Program-made: the position numbers and the translations under genes | IMG/VR virus record: IMGVR_UViG_3300045988_098109 | Source: a virus | Strand: one strand, 5' to 3' | Length of the DNA stretch: 56,471 bases | Notes under the pieces: model-generated | The model's database searches: none | Seen by the model: only the letters and a program-made list of their open reading frames with translations | Told to the model about the DNA's origin: nothing | In this document: piece by piece, positions 8,919 through 20,000 of the stretch | Numbering within the stretch: position 1 is the stretch's first letter | Layout: every line of letters begins with the position of its first letter

Positions 8919-11561
8919 ATGGCAGACAAAGTAGAAAAGATACTTGATATCAAAGTGAATTATAATGAGGCTATCAAAGCTATAGCCGAGTATCAGACAA
9001 AAATCGACAAAGCCAAAGAAGCAGAGGCGAAACTGAAGGAACAGTTAAAGGCTGGAGACATAAAAAGGCAGCAGTACAATGAAGAAATGGCGGCATCTAA
9101 AGCCTATATCAACGACTGTAATGATTCGATACGTATTATAACGAAAACAATGCAAAATCAGCTCAAGCAGGAGAAGGCGCAAGAAAACAGCCTTGTTTCT
9201 CTCCGTGCCAAACTGTCAAATCTAACGGCTGAATACGATGCTTTATCCGAAGCGGAACGGAATGCGGCTACAGGCATTAAGTTACGGGATAAAATTAATG
9301 AGGTTACTGATGCTCTGAAGGACGCTGAAGAAGAGACACAGCGGTATTACCGAAATGTTGGCAATTACAAGGAAGCTATAATGGAAGCCGCCAATGCCAA
9401 TATCCCGTTCGTGCAGCAGATAAATGTAATGGTGACCTCCTTGGGTGGAGTAAGAAATTATTTGTCTGGAGTAAAAACAGAAATGCTTACTGTTTCGACC
9501 ACCACAACCGGCTGGATTAAAGTTTTGAAACTGTTGAAAGTTGCTCTACTTGGAACTGGTATTGGAGTATTAATTGTAGCTTTAGGATCTTTGGTATCAT
9601 GGTTCACCAAAACACAGAAGGGCGTGGAAGCAGCCAATAAAATAATGGGGGCTCTGGGTGCCACTGTAAATGTCTTAATAGACCGGGCAGGCAAGTTGGG
9701 AAGTGCTTTAGTGAATCTGTTTACCGGGAACTTCAAACAGGCGGGGAATGATGCCAAATCCATATTCGCTGGTATCGGTGATGAAATAGTCAATGAAACC
9801 AAACAGGCGTGGAAGCTGGCAGAAGTCTTGAATGAGATAGACAAGAGGGAAGTCATGCTGTCCATGTCACGTGCCGCTAACCGAGCTGAAATTGAGAAAC
9901 TGAAAAAAGCTGCAGATGACCAAACCCTATCCACACAGGAACGTATCAAAGCTGCGGAAAAAGCTGCAGCAATGGAAAAAGAGGACTTAAAAATCCAAAC
10001 AGACTTAGCGAAAGCAAGAATTGCCAATATGCTCGGATATACTAAAGTAACAAAGGAAGCCCTTAAGACCATTGAGGACATGCAAAAAGGAGCAATTACA
10101 GCAGATGAAGCTATTGGAAAAATCGGTATATCGGAAAGCACTATTGATGACCTTAGGAAATTAAGCGAAGAAGTAAACAGATTAAGTGAATTGGAAGAAA
10201 GCAGTTACACCCGTCAGACAGAGCAGCAAAACACCCTAAACTCTATCCGCCAGGAAGGTGCAGACAAAGCAAAGGAAGCAAAGCAAACAGAACTGGAAGC
10301 AGTAAGGGCAGCAGAAGATGCTATGCTTGCCTTAGTGAAAGACAAGAGAGAACAAGCACGGAAAGAGATTGAATTGAACTATTCCCGGCAGATTGAGGAT
10401 TTGCAAATCAGTTTAAAGCAAGAAGAGAACCTTACCGCTAAGGCTCGTGAAGCCATCAACGCCAAAATAAAGGCTTTGGAACAACAAAAATCTATGGAAC
10501 TTAGCAAGTTGTCCGATGAGGAGCTGAAAAAAGAACTGGAGAACCGTTTAAAAATGATATCCCTGCAATTGGAATCGGTCAAGGAAGGCAGCGAGCAGGA
10601 GTATCAGTTAAAGATACAACAATTACAAGCACAACAAGAGGCGGAACTTACCAGCACAGAACAAACCGAAGAAATGAAACTGGCCATTAAAGCAAAGTAC
10701 AATACCAAGATAGACGAACTGGCAACAGTTCATGAGCAGGATATTATCAACAAGCAACAGGAAGCCATGCGCATACGCTTTGAAACGGAAATCGCACAAG
10801 CATATGATAACGAAGAGGAAATTCTTCGTATAAGGATGGAACAAAAGAAAGCCGAGCTCGATAGCCTGCAGCAAATGGAAGGTGAAAGTATAGAAGCATT
10901 CAATCTTCGCAAGCTGGAAGCACAGAATGCTTATCTGGAATCCAAAAAAGAACTGAGCGATAAGGAGATTGAAATAGAACAAACTAAATATGAAGCAATG
11001 GAACAGGTGACAAATGGCCTTGTAGCTCTCACAGAACAAATTGGGGAGTCTGACAGAGGATTTGCTATGGCAAGCAAAATGTTGGCTTTGGCAGAGATCG
11101 CCATCAATTCAGGTAAGGCGATCGCAAAAATGGTATCCGCTGAATCAGGGAAAGGTATTCTTGGTATAGCTACAATGGCATCAGGTATTGCAACAATCCT
11201 TTCTAACATTGCAAATGCTGTTAAGATAGTAAAAAGTGCTAAATTTGCAGAAGGTGGTTTGGTTACAGGACCGGGGACAGGAACGAGCGACAGTATTCCG
11301 GCACAATTGTCGAATGGAGAATCCGTTATAACTGCCAAAGCTACGTCCATGTTCGCCCCTATCCTATCATCCTTCAATATGATGGGTGGAGGTGTACCTA
11401 TTAATGTAACAGCAACGAATAATCAAACTTTAGGCGAAGATATGCTGGCCAGAGCAGTCGCCAAAGGAATGATGATGGCTCCTGCCCCTGTCGTTTCTGT
11501 AGAAGAGTTTACTTCAGTTGCGAATAGAATTAAATACATAGAAGAAAGCGGTAGTTTATGA
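8919..11561 (+). CDS. Tape-measure-like protein
   Basis: 880 aa and coiled-coil rich, with hydrophobic segments (WIKVLKLLKVALLGTGIGVLIVALGSLVSWF). The C-terminal GGLVTGPGTGTSDSIPAQLSNGESVI motif is common in tape-measure proteins. Confidence 0.65.
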   Translation: MADKVEKILDIKVNYNEAIKAIAEYQTKIDKAKEAEAKLKEQLKAGDIKRQQYNEEMAASKAYINDCNDSIRIITKTMQNQLKQEKAQENSLVSLRAKLSNLTAEYDALSEAERNAATGIKLRDKINEVTDALKDAEEETQRYYRNVGNYKEAIMEAANANIPFVQQINVMVTSLGGVRNYLSGVKTEMLTVSTTTTGWIKVLKLLKVALLGTGIGVLIVALGSLVSWFTKTQKGVEAANKIMGALGATVNVLIDRAGKLGSALVNLFTGNFKQAGNDAKSIFAGIGDEIVNETKQAWKLAEVLNEIDKREVMLSMSRAANRAEIEKLKKAADDQTLSTQERIKAAEKAAAMEKEDLKIQTDLAKARIANMLGYTKVTKEALKTIEDMQKGAITADEAIGKIGISESTIDDLRKLSEEVNRLSELEESSYTRQTEQQNTLNSIRQEGADKAKEAKQTELEAVRAAEDAMLALVKDKREQARKEIELNYSRQIEDLQISLKQEENLTAKAREAINAKIKALEQQKSMELSKLSDEELKKELENRLKMISLQLESVKEGSEQEYQLKIQQLQAQQEAELTSTEQTEEMKLAIKAKYNTKIDELATVHEQDIINKQQEAMRIRFETEIAQAYDNEEEILRIRMEQKKAELDSLQQMEGESIEAFNLRKLEAQNAYLESKKELSDKEIEIEQTKYEAMEQVTNGLVALTEQIGESDRGFAMASKMLALAEIAINSGKAIAKMVSAESGKGILGIATMASGIATILSNIANAVKIVKSAKFAEGGLVTGPGTGTSDSIPAQLSNGESVITAKATSMFAPILSSFNMMGGGVPINVTATNNQTLGEDMLARAVAKGMMMAPAPVVSVEEFTSVANRIKYIEESGSL

Positions 11562-11794
11562 AAGCATACGAACTATTATATATAAACAGGAACACTCTTA
11601 GGATAATGTCTGAAATGTCATTAGATGCATCAGATATTAAATACCTAGAAATGTATAAAGACTACACCCGTCTTACGGCTGAAGGTCATAAAAAGGCATA
11701 TATCATGCAGTACCTGGCAGATGAATACAGCATTTCAGAAAGGACCATCTATAGAGTCATTGACAGGTTGTCCGTTGACGTTTCAATTCAATAA
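11558..11794 (+). CDS. Small HTH protein, Mor-like transcriptional activator candidate
   Basis: 78 aa. The C-terminal YLADEYSISERTIYRVIDRL resembles the Mor/C-family HTH. It is the last gene before a strong terminator. Confidence 0.4.
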   Translation: MKAYELLYINRNTLRIMSEMSLDASDIKYLEMYKDYTRLTAEGHKKAYIMQYLADEYSISERTIYRVIDRLSVDVSIQ

Positions 11795-11795
11795 G

Positions 11796-11826
11796 GGGGA
11801 AGATTATTCTTCCCCTTATTTTTTTA
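11796..11826 (+). terminator. Rho-independent terminator
   Basis: GGGGAAGA-TTAT-TCTTCCCC forms a perfect 8-bp stem, followed by TTATTTTTTT. Confidence 0.8.
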
Positions 11827-11844
11827 CTGACAAAGCGTGTCAGT
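11826..11844. promoter_or_regulatory. Palindrome ACTGACA-N5-TGTCAGT upstream of the head-gene block
   Basis: Same TGACA-N5-TGTCA core as 574-606. It lies about 45 nt upstream of a TACCTTTG box. Confidence 0.35.
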
Positions 11845-11885
11845 GCTATTATGTTCTGAAATTCTTATAGCCATATACCGTTTTT

Positions 11886-11893
11886 TACCTTTG
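11886..11893 (+). promoter_or_regulatory. Bacteroidota-type -7 box (TACCTTTG)
   Basis: Matches TAnnTTTG and lies 19 nt upstream of the ATG at 11912. Confidence 0.4.
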
Positions 11894-11911
11894 CTTCAAA
11901 ATAGATTATAT

Positions 11912-13042
11912 ATGGCGAAATTATACATCAACAAAGATATTGTTGCGGATAAAGACAAAATGGAAAATTGGTATCTAACTGGTGAAGAGGGATTGTCTTT
12001 TCCCGATATTCAAAATTTCCTATCTTGGATAGATCCGAATGACCACGTTATTGATATTGAGATACATTCATGCGGTGGTGATGCCGTTGAAGGGTATGCC
12101 ATTTATGACGCCTTACGTGCTTCAGGAAAGCAAATCAGCTGTACTGCAGTAGGACGATGTGCATCCATGGCAACCGTGATATTATTGGCCGCTGCAAAAG
12201 AAAGACGTTTTGCTTATCCACATGCAAAGTTTCTTATTCACAAGCCTTATATGGCTTCATACGATGGAGACCTTGATCTTGAAACCCTAGAATCAATAAA
12301 ATCAAACTTGGAGAGTGAAAAAAACAAGATGCTAGCTTTGTATGTAGAACGCACAGGATCGGAAGCCTCAGTTATCGAAGCCCAAATGAATAAAGCCGGT
12401 TGGTTTGGTGGTGAAACAGCCAAACAATTAGGTTTTATCACGACCGTTCTTATGCCTACAACTGCCAAAGGGAGAACTTACACATTTAATAACAAAAAAA
12501 TGAACAAAGAAAAAGAAGTAACAGTGAAGCAGACTATCATAGACAGGCTGCTGGCCAAATGCGGCTATCAAAAAATTGAAGACGTACAGGTCGTATCTAT
12601 GGAATTGACAAATGCCGAAGGTAACACGCTTACCGTGGAAAGAGATGAAGGTGAACCCCAAGTAGGAGATACAGCAAGTCCCGATGGCGAACATGTCATG
12701 CCTGACGGAAAGACTATCATTGTGACAGATGGCGTTATTACAGAAATTAAAGATCCTGATGAATTGGAAGAGGATGAAGTGAAAGCTTTAAAAGCCCGTA
12801 TAGAAGAGTTGGAAACTGAGAATGCTTCTCTAAAGACGAATGCCCGTACCATTGAGGACAACAAGATTCTGAACGCAGTCCGTATGGCCGGGGGCGAAAA
12901 CTGGCTGGCAAAACATTGTAGTACTTATAAAGTGTCAGCTCGTACCCAAACGTTCAACAAGGGTATAAAAGGAGTAGAAGAAAATGAAACGCCTATTCAG
13001 AGAAAACTTCGTGAAGAAAGAGAAAAAAGAAACAACAAGTAA
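11912..13042 (+). CDS. ClpP/S14-type prohead protease fused to a coiled-coil scaffold-like C-terminus
   Basis: IHSCGGDAVEGYAIYDAL...GRCASMATVILLAA...FLIHKP matches the ClpP Ser/His context. The C-terminal EELETENASLK is coiled coil. The ATG at 11912 is preferred over the ORF-track start at 11837. Confidence 0.75.
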   Translation: MAKLYINKDIVADKDKMENWYLTGEEGLSFPDIQNFLSWIDPNDHVIDIEIHSCGGDAVEGYAIYDALRASGKQISCTAVGRCASMATVILLAAAKERRFAYPHAKFLIHKPYMASYDGDLDLETLESIKSNLESEKNKMLALYVERTGSEASVIEAQMNKAGWFGGETAKQLGFITTVLMPTTAKGRTYTFNNKKMNKEKEVTVKQTIIDRLLAKCGYQKIEDVQVVSMELTNAEGNTLTVERDEGEPQVGDTASPDGEHVMPDGKTIIVTDGVITEIKDPDELEEDEVKALKARIEELETENASLKTNARTIEDNKILNAVRMAGGENWLAKHCSTYKVSARTQTFNKGIKGVEENETPIQRKLREEREKRNNK

Positions 13043-13056
13043 TAAAAGGAGGGGAA

Positions 13057-14124
13057 ATGCCTATTTTAGATTTTGACAAACTTACACCTGATAATCAGGC
13101 TGTAAAAGACTTGAAAGACCTTATTCAGTTAACAGTCTTTCAAAACGAGGACATGGAGCGTTTTATGACGTTTATGCCCAATGTGACTAACGGTAAAAAA
13201 GCAGGTTTTATCGGTGAAATGGAAGATATCGGAGTAGCCGGCTCCGGATGCGACCCTGAATATAAAAAAGTGGCTATCGCTGCCGCCCAAAAGGAATGGG
13301 AAATCGGGGATTGGCAAATTCCTTTGGAAATGTGCTATACAGACTTGGAAAACACCATTGCCAAGTACTGCCTTAAAACGGGAACAAATATAGGAGACCT
13401 GACATCGACCGAATATATGGACGGTATTGTACTGCCGAAGCTGTCTGAAGCTATGATGAAAATGATGTGGCGTTTTACATGGTTTGGAGATAAATCAGCA
13501 GCGTCTGTCACTGGAGGTGGTCAAATCACTGACGGAGTAAACATCGAACTATTTAAAACATGTGACGGTTTTTTCAAACGTCTGTTTGCCATCTGTACCA
13601 ACAATGCCGAACAGCACACTGAAATTGCAGCCAACGCAGAAGAATCATATGCATTACAAAAATCAAAGATGAAAGAAACAGGCATTGCCACATCAATATT
13701 CGATGCGATGTTGCAAGATGCCGACAGCCGGATTTTCCAAAAAGACGGATGCGCAATTTTCGCCACCAAGTCAATGTGCGATGCTCTGACTCACGATATG
13801 AAAGAAAAGTACAAGGTAATCATGCCCTGGGAAGTTGTATTTGACGGTGTAGAGGTCAGCAAATACGATGGAACAACCATCGTTAAATGTTCCATTTGGG
13901 ATAGATTTATTCAAGCCTATCAGAACAACAAAACCAAACTTAACTTACCGCATCGTGCTGTTTTATGTTCTCCTGAGAACTTGATGTATGGATGTGAGGG
14001 CACCGAACCGATGTCGGACTTGGATATCTGGTTTGATAAGAAAGCCCGCAAGAACTACATTTATTCAACAGGAAAATTAGGCTCCATGATTGGCGAAGAT
14101 GAGTTGGTACAGGTAGCATACTAA
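13057..14124 (+). CDS. Major capsid protein (probable HK97 fold)
   Basis: 355 aa, immediately after the protease/scaffold. Call rests on size and position. Confidence 0.6.
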   Translation: MPILDFDKLTPDNQAVKDLKDLIQLTVFQNEDMERFMTFMPNVTNGKKAGFIGEMEDIGVAGSGCDPEYKKVAIAAAQKEWEIGDWQIPLEMCYTDLENTIAKYCLKTGTNIGDLTSTEYMDGIVLPKLSEAMMKMMWRFTWFGDKSAASVTGGGQITDGVNIELFKTCDGFFKRLFAICTNNAEQHTEIAANAEESYALQKSKMKETGIATSIFDAMLQDADSRIFQKDGCAIFATKSMCDALTHDMKEKYKVIMPWEVVFDGVEVSKYDGTTIVKCSIWDRFIQAYQNNKTKLNLPHRAVLCSPENLMYGCEGTEPMSDLDIWFDKKARKNYIYSTGKLGSMIGEDELVQVAY

Positions 14125-14139
14125 CGAAAAAGAGCAAAT

Positions 14140-14748
14140 ATGGCAATATGTGATATAACAATCAAAAAGGACATCGCACCATCGTGCGATGATCCTATTG
14201 TTCCAGGATTGGAACAGGAGGGCGTAATAATGAATCGTGCAGAAGTGGATTTCGGTGCGGTTACTTTCAACACGACCCGCAAGAATGTGATAGAAGCTCT
14301 TGCGCTGAAAACAGGTAAAAAAGGTTACAAGGTACAGGTATTCGGTGCAACCCCCTTTACTGGTACCAATACAACCTTGGCAACAGGAACCTATCGTAAC
14401 ACGTTTACTAACACAGTGAACATGGTTGTATTAGCAAATGACCCCGATGTATGCAATGACATTATTGACGGGCTTGCTAACGGTGATTTTGTCGTTGTAT
14501 TGGAAAATAAAGCCAAAGGGTTAAATAAAACCGAAAATCCGGGAGATTCAGCTTTTCAGGTTTACGGTTACTACCAAGGTTTGAAAGCCGCAGAGATCGG
14601 CAATGACAAGTACTCTGAAGAAACGGAAGGGGGATGGAATATCTCTTTGCAAGAAACCAAGGTTCCCAAATCAGCATTATTCTTGTACAAGACATCTTAC
14701 GATGCGACAAAAACACTTGTTGAAACACTGACAAAACCAGCTGAATGA
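14140..14748 (+). CDS. Hypothetical structural protein
   Basis: 202-aa ORF following the capsid gene. Confidence 0.5.
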   Translation: MAICDITIKKDIAPSCDDPIVPGLEQEGVIMNRAEVDFGAVTFNTTRKNVIEALALKTGKKGYKVQVFGATPFTGTNTTLATGTYRNTFTNTVNMVVLANDPDVCNDIIDGLANGDFVVVLENKAKGLNKTENPGDSAFQVYGYYQGLKAAEIGNDKYSEETEGGWNISLQETKVPKSALFLYKTSYDATKTLVETLTKPAE

Positions 14749-15329
14749 TCATGGAATTAAAAGAAGTGGTTGATAAATTAAAGGAGCTAGGAGATCTTCC
14801 CTCCTACTCCTCTTCTGATAAATCGGAGATAGAAAGATTGTACAAGGAAGTATTAGGAAAAGAATTCACCAAAACATCATGTAACGACTGCTATCGCGAT
14901 GCTGTAATCGAAATGACTGTTTACATCAAAAAGAATAACCGTATGAAAGAAAAATGTAATTATATATTAAAAAATGGTGTCCTGCTTCAACCGGAGTTCG
15001 GAAGCAATAAAATGTACACTAATGACAACCTCACTGATGAAGTTGCTGAAAAGTACCTTGCCAAAAATCCGAAAGGTGAAATTTATTTCGCCCATGTACC
15101 TACGGACTGGAAAGAACGTGTTAACAAATGTGGATACAATCAAAGCCTGCTTGATTCAATGGTAGAATCATTACAAGACGGAGTTTCTGAAGAATCCGTG
15201 GCTGACACGTTGAAAGATTTCCAAATCAACGGCAAGAAGATCAGTAAAAAAGCTCTGAATCTGCATCTAAGCAAGGCCATTGAGATTGTGAACGCAATGA
15301 ATGGAGAAGGCGAAGATAAAGTTGAATAA
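14745..15329 (+). CDS. Hypothetical protein
   Basis: 194-aa ORF with ATGA overlap. Confidence 0.5.
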   Translation: MIMELKEVVDKLKELGDLPSYSSSDKSEIERLYKEVLGKEFTKTSCNDCYRDAVIEMTVYIKKNNRMKEKCNYILKNGVLLQPEFGSNKMYTNDNLTDEVAEKYLAKNPKGEIYFAHVPTDWKERVNKCGYNQSLLDSMVESLQDGVSEESVADTLKDFQINGKKISKKALNLHLSKAIEIVNAMNGEGEDKVE

Positions 15330-15362
15330 AAGAAATAAAGGACGAACGTAAACCTCGCGAAT

Positions 15363-16550
15363 ATGAGAGTAAGAGATCTAAAAAAGAAAAGCAGTAACCG
15401 CATTGATACAAGCTATTTACAAAATCTAGGAATTCAAGCCTACGGACAGGACAACCTATATCCGCAGACATTAAAGAATATCATTGCTGCAAGCTCTACT
15501 GCATCTGAATGCTCAGACCGTTTCGCTGACTTCATTGAAGGAAACGGATTCCGTGAGGTTGCTTTTTCCAAATATGTAGTCAATCGAAAAGGTGACACAT
15601 TGGATGATGTGCACATGTTACTATGTAAAGACATGTCCGAACTCAATGGAATAGCAATCCATGTTAACTACAATGTTTTCTGTGAGATAGTGGAGATGCA
15701 GCACGTACCGTTTGAAAATTGCCGTCTGACAGAAGAAGATGAAAACGGTTATGTGGCAAAAATAGCAGTACATCCAGACTGGAGCGGAAAGAAGACACGT
15801 AAAGGGAAAGCTCTGCAGGTCAAGAAAGAAAACATCGACTATATAGATGTTTTTAACCCTCAAAAAGATGTGATACTGGCTCAAATAGAAGCTGCCGGAG
15901 GCATTGAATACTACAAAGGTCAAATCCTATGGGTGTCAATGGCCGGGAAAAATACTTATCCTGTCGGGAAAGGTGACCGAGTGGCTACAGAAATGAGTAC
16001 CGATGAAGGGCTGTCCAATGTCAAGTACAGAAATGTACGAAATAATTTCTTCCCTGGCGCTATGGTATTCACCAAAAAGGGATCGAACATAACCTTTGAC
16101 GAAGAAGGCAACGAAGTGAAAGATACAGACGATGACGACAGTTTCTCAAATACACTCATCCAGTTGCAAGGTGATACGAATGCAGGAAAGATTATGGAAG
16201 TTACTTTAGAAAGCGATGAGGAAAAACCTGAAATAATAAATCTGAACTCACAAAATTACGACAAAGAATTTACCGTTACTGACGCAAGTGTGGTTGAACG
16301 TATTTATTCAGCTTATGGCCAAGAGCCATGGTATTGCATCCGTATTGGTAAAGTCGGATTCTCAGGCGATATTTTGGAAGATGCTTTCGAGTATTACAAT
16401 TCTATCGTAAGCAAGCAACAGCGCTTAATTGAGCGTACCTTTAGCCGTATATTCAGCTATTGGTATGAGGTAGTCAACCCCTCTAATGATTATAGTGTTG
16501 AACCATTAAAGTATGTACGAAATGCAGCAGTATCTAATAACAACAGATGA
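15363..16550 (+). CDS. Portal-like protein
   Basis: 395 aa. The N-terminal region YPQTLKNIIAASSTASECSDRFADFIEGNGF resembles HK97/PBSX-type portals. Its position after the capsid gene is unusual. Confidence 0.45.
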   Translation: MRVRDLKKKSSNRIDTSYLQNLGIQAYGQDNLYPQTLKNIIAASSTASECSDRFADFIEGNGFREVAFSKYVVNRKGDTLDDVHMLLCKDMSELNGIAIHVNYNVFCEIVEMQHVPFENCRLTEEDENGYVAKIAVHPDWSGKKTRKGKALQVKKENIDYIDVFNPQKDVILAQIEAAGGIEYYKGQILWVSMAGKNTYPVGKGDRVATEMSTDEGLSNVKYRNVRNNFFPGAMVFTKKGSNITFDEEGNEVKDTDDDDSFSNTLIQLQGDTNAGKIMEVTLESDEEKPEIINLNSQNYDKEFTVTDASVVERIYSAYGQEPWYCIRIGKVGFSGDILEDAFEYYNSIVSKQQRLIERTFSRIFSYWYEVVNPSNDYSVEPLKYVRNAAVSNNNR

Positions 16551-17031
16551 GGTATCGGCTTTGTCTCGCGGAATGTCTGTACATCTCGATCCTGACAAGA
16601 TAGAAACCTACATCCGTGAGTCGGAGAATATCTACATCAAATCAGCGTTGGGAGACGAACTGTTCCTTGACGTGAAAAAAAATCCTGAAAAATACCAGCT
16701 ACTGCTTGACGGAGGTACTTATGAAACTAAATGTAAAAAGAAGATAATCATCACTGGACTTCGCGTAGCTTTGGCTTATTATACCTATGCCTGTATTGTC
16801 AAAAATGGAGATGGGAATGTATCCCGTTTCGGCTTCGTAAACAAGGAAGGTGAATATAGCAGTCATACAGTATTCAAGGAAAAGATGATGGTGTATAGCG
16901 ATGCATGTAGTATAGCTGACCGCTACCTGAAAGAATGCGTGCTTTACCTAAAAGAATGCGGTATGCCACTTTATAACGGTGAAGGGAAATTAAAATCTAA
17001 TAGAACTGTTTTTCGTGTAATAGGAGAATGA
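16513..17031 (+). CDS. Hypothetical protein (connector or fibre-attachment candidate)
   Basis: 172-aa ORF. The start is uncertain (alternative ATG at 16522). Confidence 0.45.
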   Translation: MYEMQQYLITTDEVSALSRGMSVHLDPDKIETYIRESENIYIKSALGDELFLDVKKNPEKYQLLLDGGTYETKCKKKIIITGLRVALAYYTYACIVKNGDGNVSRFGFVNKEGEYSSHTVFKEKMMVYSDACSIADRYLKECVLYLKECGMPLYNGEGKLKSNRTVFRVIGE

Positions 17032-20000
17032 GCGATTCTGTTGACATATTAAAGAAACTGGCTCTTCAAGTAAGAAACGCATCTACAGAAGGAGAGAATA
17101 CAGCTGAAAGGATTGGGCGCATATTTATCGGGATTCTAGAAAACATGGATAATTCCGATTTAGAAAAGCTCACCAAATACTTTTTGCGCAAAGACAAGGA
17201 GGATTCTACAAATTTTCTTTTATCATTATTGGGCGGAACTGTCATTAAGAAATACGCCAAGTTCGGTGATTTCGTTACTGGTGTATTAGGTGGATACATA
17301 GACGAAAAGGGCAATCTTGAAATGGAAAGCGGTGTATTTCGTAAGCGTTTGTTTGTTCCTGAAATAGCTTATAACCGTACAACCTATTTCAAAGGACGTA
17401 TGGTAAACTCCCCCGGTGGTGGTTGTACCGTATTGTCATACGTGGATAACGGCGATGGAACCTACACCATCACTCCCGATCTGACGGATGCGGACGGATT
17501 GAGCCAGTTTGTTGATGACATCCTTACCACCTATTTTGTGACTAAAAATAGCGAAGGCAAGCTGAACGGCTTTGAAGAAATGAAATTCCGGGTGACTGCC
17601 GCAGATTATACAGCCAAGAAGTTTACTGTCATTCCCCGTCCGGGGCATTCTGACTGGAAACCTGCCGAGCAGATGGTATTGGCACAAACAGGTAACTTTA
17701 CGGACCCGGAACGTCAGACTTATATACTTATTGATTCAGTCAACGGAAATAACTGTATTACATTCTTTGACAATGCCAACACTTGGGACCCGGAGCCGGC
17801 ACAGATGAAGAGCTGGTTCGGCAAGAAGAAGGGTATGACTGTAGCCGGTATTAATGCGGACAGTTACTCAGCCGTTCTTCAGAACATCATCATGACCGGG
17901 CTTATCTTTCAAGTTGATGAGATCACCGGACAGACAGTTCGTGTACCCTTGGACAAGGGTGAATGGGTTTCAGGTAAGTACGCCTACTATGACCGGGTGT
18001 CACATAACGGGGCTTTGTGGTTGTGTGTTGATGATAATGGAACAACAACAGAACCGTCAGATGATAATCCGGCATGGCTGAAACAAGTGGCGGAAGGGCA
18101 AAAAGGTGATCCGGGATTGTCCGTAGTAGGTGGCGGTCATTGGGAATCCTCCAAAACCCCGTACAAAGCCAATACAATGGTCACTCTTGCCAACTGTGTC
18201 TTTTTATCCAAGGTGAAGACATCCAATCCTCCCATCAGGATCGCAAGGTTCAGGAATGGCAGTTATCGTCGCAAAAAGGATAGCGGTTATATCCTTGCCG
18301 GGAAGTCAGCCGACTGGACCGTGCATGAAGATTGGGAGATACTGCTGGACGGTCGTGAACTTAAAGGTGAGAGCATCACCTTTCTAGGTGAGTTCGCATC
18401 CCATCCGTCCAATCCCAAGGAGGGTGACAGCTACCGAAATACGGCTGACCATTGTACTTACATATACCGGAATGGTTTGTGGATGGTCATGGTCAAAGAC
18501 GGAACTGACGGTAAGGACGGCAAAGGTTACGAGTGGATCTACACCCGTACCAACATCATCGGCCTTACCCCTGACAAGCCGGAATCGAAGCAGCAGGATG
18601 ATTATATACCGGAAGGCTGGACAGATGATTTTCTTGGCGTGGATGCCGACCATCAGGTGGAATGGGCGTGCAAACGTGTGAAGCGTGATGGAGTATGGAG
18701 TGAATGGAGCACTCCGGCCCCTGTGCACCGTTGGAGTAAGGACGGGGAGTCGAATGTCATGGCAGACCTTGACAATGAGATGGTGAGCGTCGCTCTTACC
18801 AGTACCGGCGTTACTACTTCCGCACAGTCATGGACTACCCATGTGTCCATGTGGTACGGTACCGAGAAACTCACCCTTGAATCTTTGACAGTCAGCACGC
18901 CTGCCGGTTTCACGGCAAGCACAAGCAAGGCCACCGGAGCGGTGGCGATATCCGTCGCTGCCGGAAAGTCGGTTCCGGAACAGAATACGGTCACCATCAC
19001 ACTGGCTGCAATGAAGAACGGGCAGCTCTATACCCGTGAACTGACTTTCAAGATAACCGGTGTCCGTGGCGGGGCGGACGGTTCCGATGCGGTAATTTAT
19101 AGCCTTGTCACTTCGGCCACGATGGTCAGCAAGAACAAGAACGGCGGTTACAGTGTAGCTTCGGTATCCTGTCGGCGTATGAAAACAGTCGGTGCGGTCA
19201 CTACGGCCACAACGGACGGGGAGTTGAAGTACAGTCGTGACGGTGCGGCCGAGGTTCCCATCGGTGATGGTGTCGGGGTGGCTTCCGGTAATTTTACCAG
19301 TAGCTTGAAGTTCGTGTTCTACGTGAACGGTCAGGCGGTTGATGTCGAAACTGTCCCGATGGTTGTGGACGGCAGTGACGGAAAGGATGGTGAGAGCATC
19401 ACAGCAGCCGGTCATTGGGAATCCGCCAATACTCCGTATGCCAAGAACAGTACAGTATCGTTTGCCGGAGGATCTTACTTAAGCAAGGTTGAAACCTCCA
19501 ACCCTCCTATTAAAATCGCCAAGTTCAGAAACGGCAGACTCCGCAGGAAAAGAGACGGCGGATACATCCTCGCCGGCAGATCTGCGAACCGGACGGTACA
19601 TGCGGACTGGCAGGAGATGGTTGCCCCCGTCGGACCGTCGGCATCCTACTGGCTGGACAGTCCTGTCAGCGTGATCAACTTCACTTCAACAGGCACGCCA
19701 TCCCCGTCTGGATTCCTTGTCACTTGCAAACAGAATGTGGCAGGCAATGTAAGCACGTGCAGCACGCTTTATCTGGCAGCCCGCAAATACAACGGAAGCT
19801 GGCTGGCTCATGTAGGTGCGACACTGAACAGCCAGATATCCGTACCTGCGACAGCCGGATACACCCAGTTTGCCGTCCGGGCTTATAAATCAGCTTCCGA
19901 TGCTGCTGCTTGGAATGACAATTATGTGGCCGAGAAGGGTGTGGGTGTTGCAAATGATGGTTCCATAGGAGCAACAGGAGCTACGGGTGCGTTCCCTTAT

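Noticed and set aside
9458-10141. Long antisense ORFs inside the tape-measure and fibre genes (for example 9458-10141, 10931-11377, 18828-19415, 32849-33358, 27696-28181)
   Set aside because: They lie fully within, and antisense to, much longer coherent ORFs. Their composition is low-complexity or Ser/Cys-rich and they have no start context. They are typical shadow ORFs of biased coiled-coil coding sequence.
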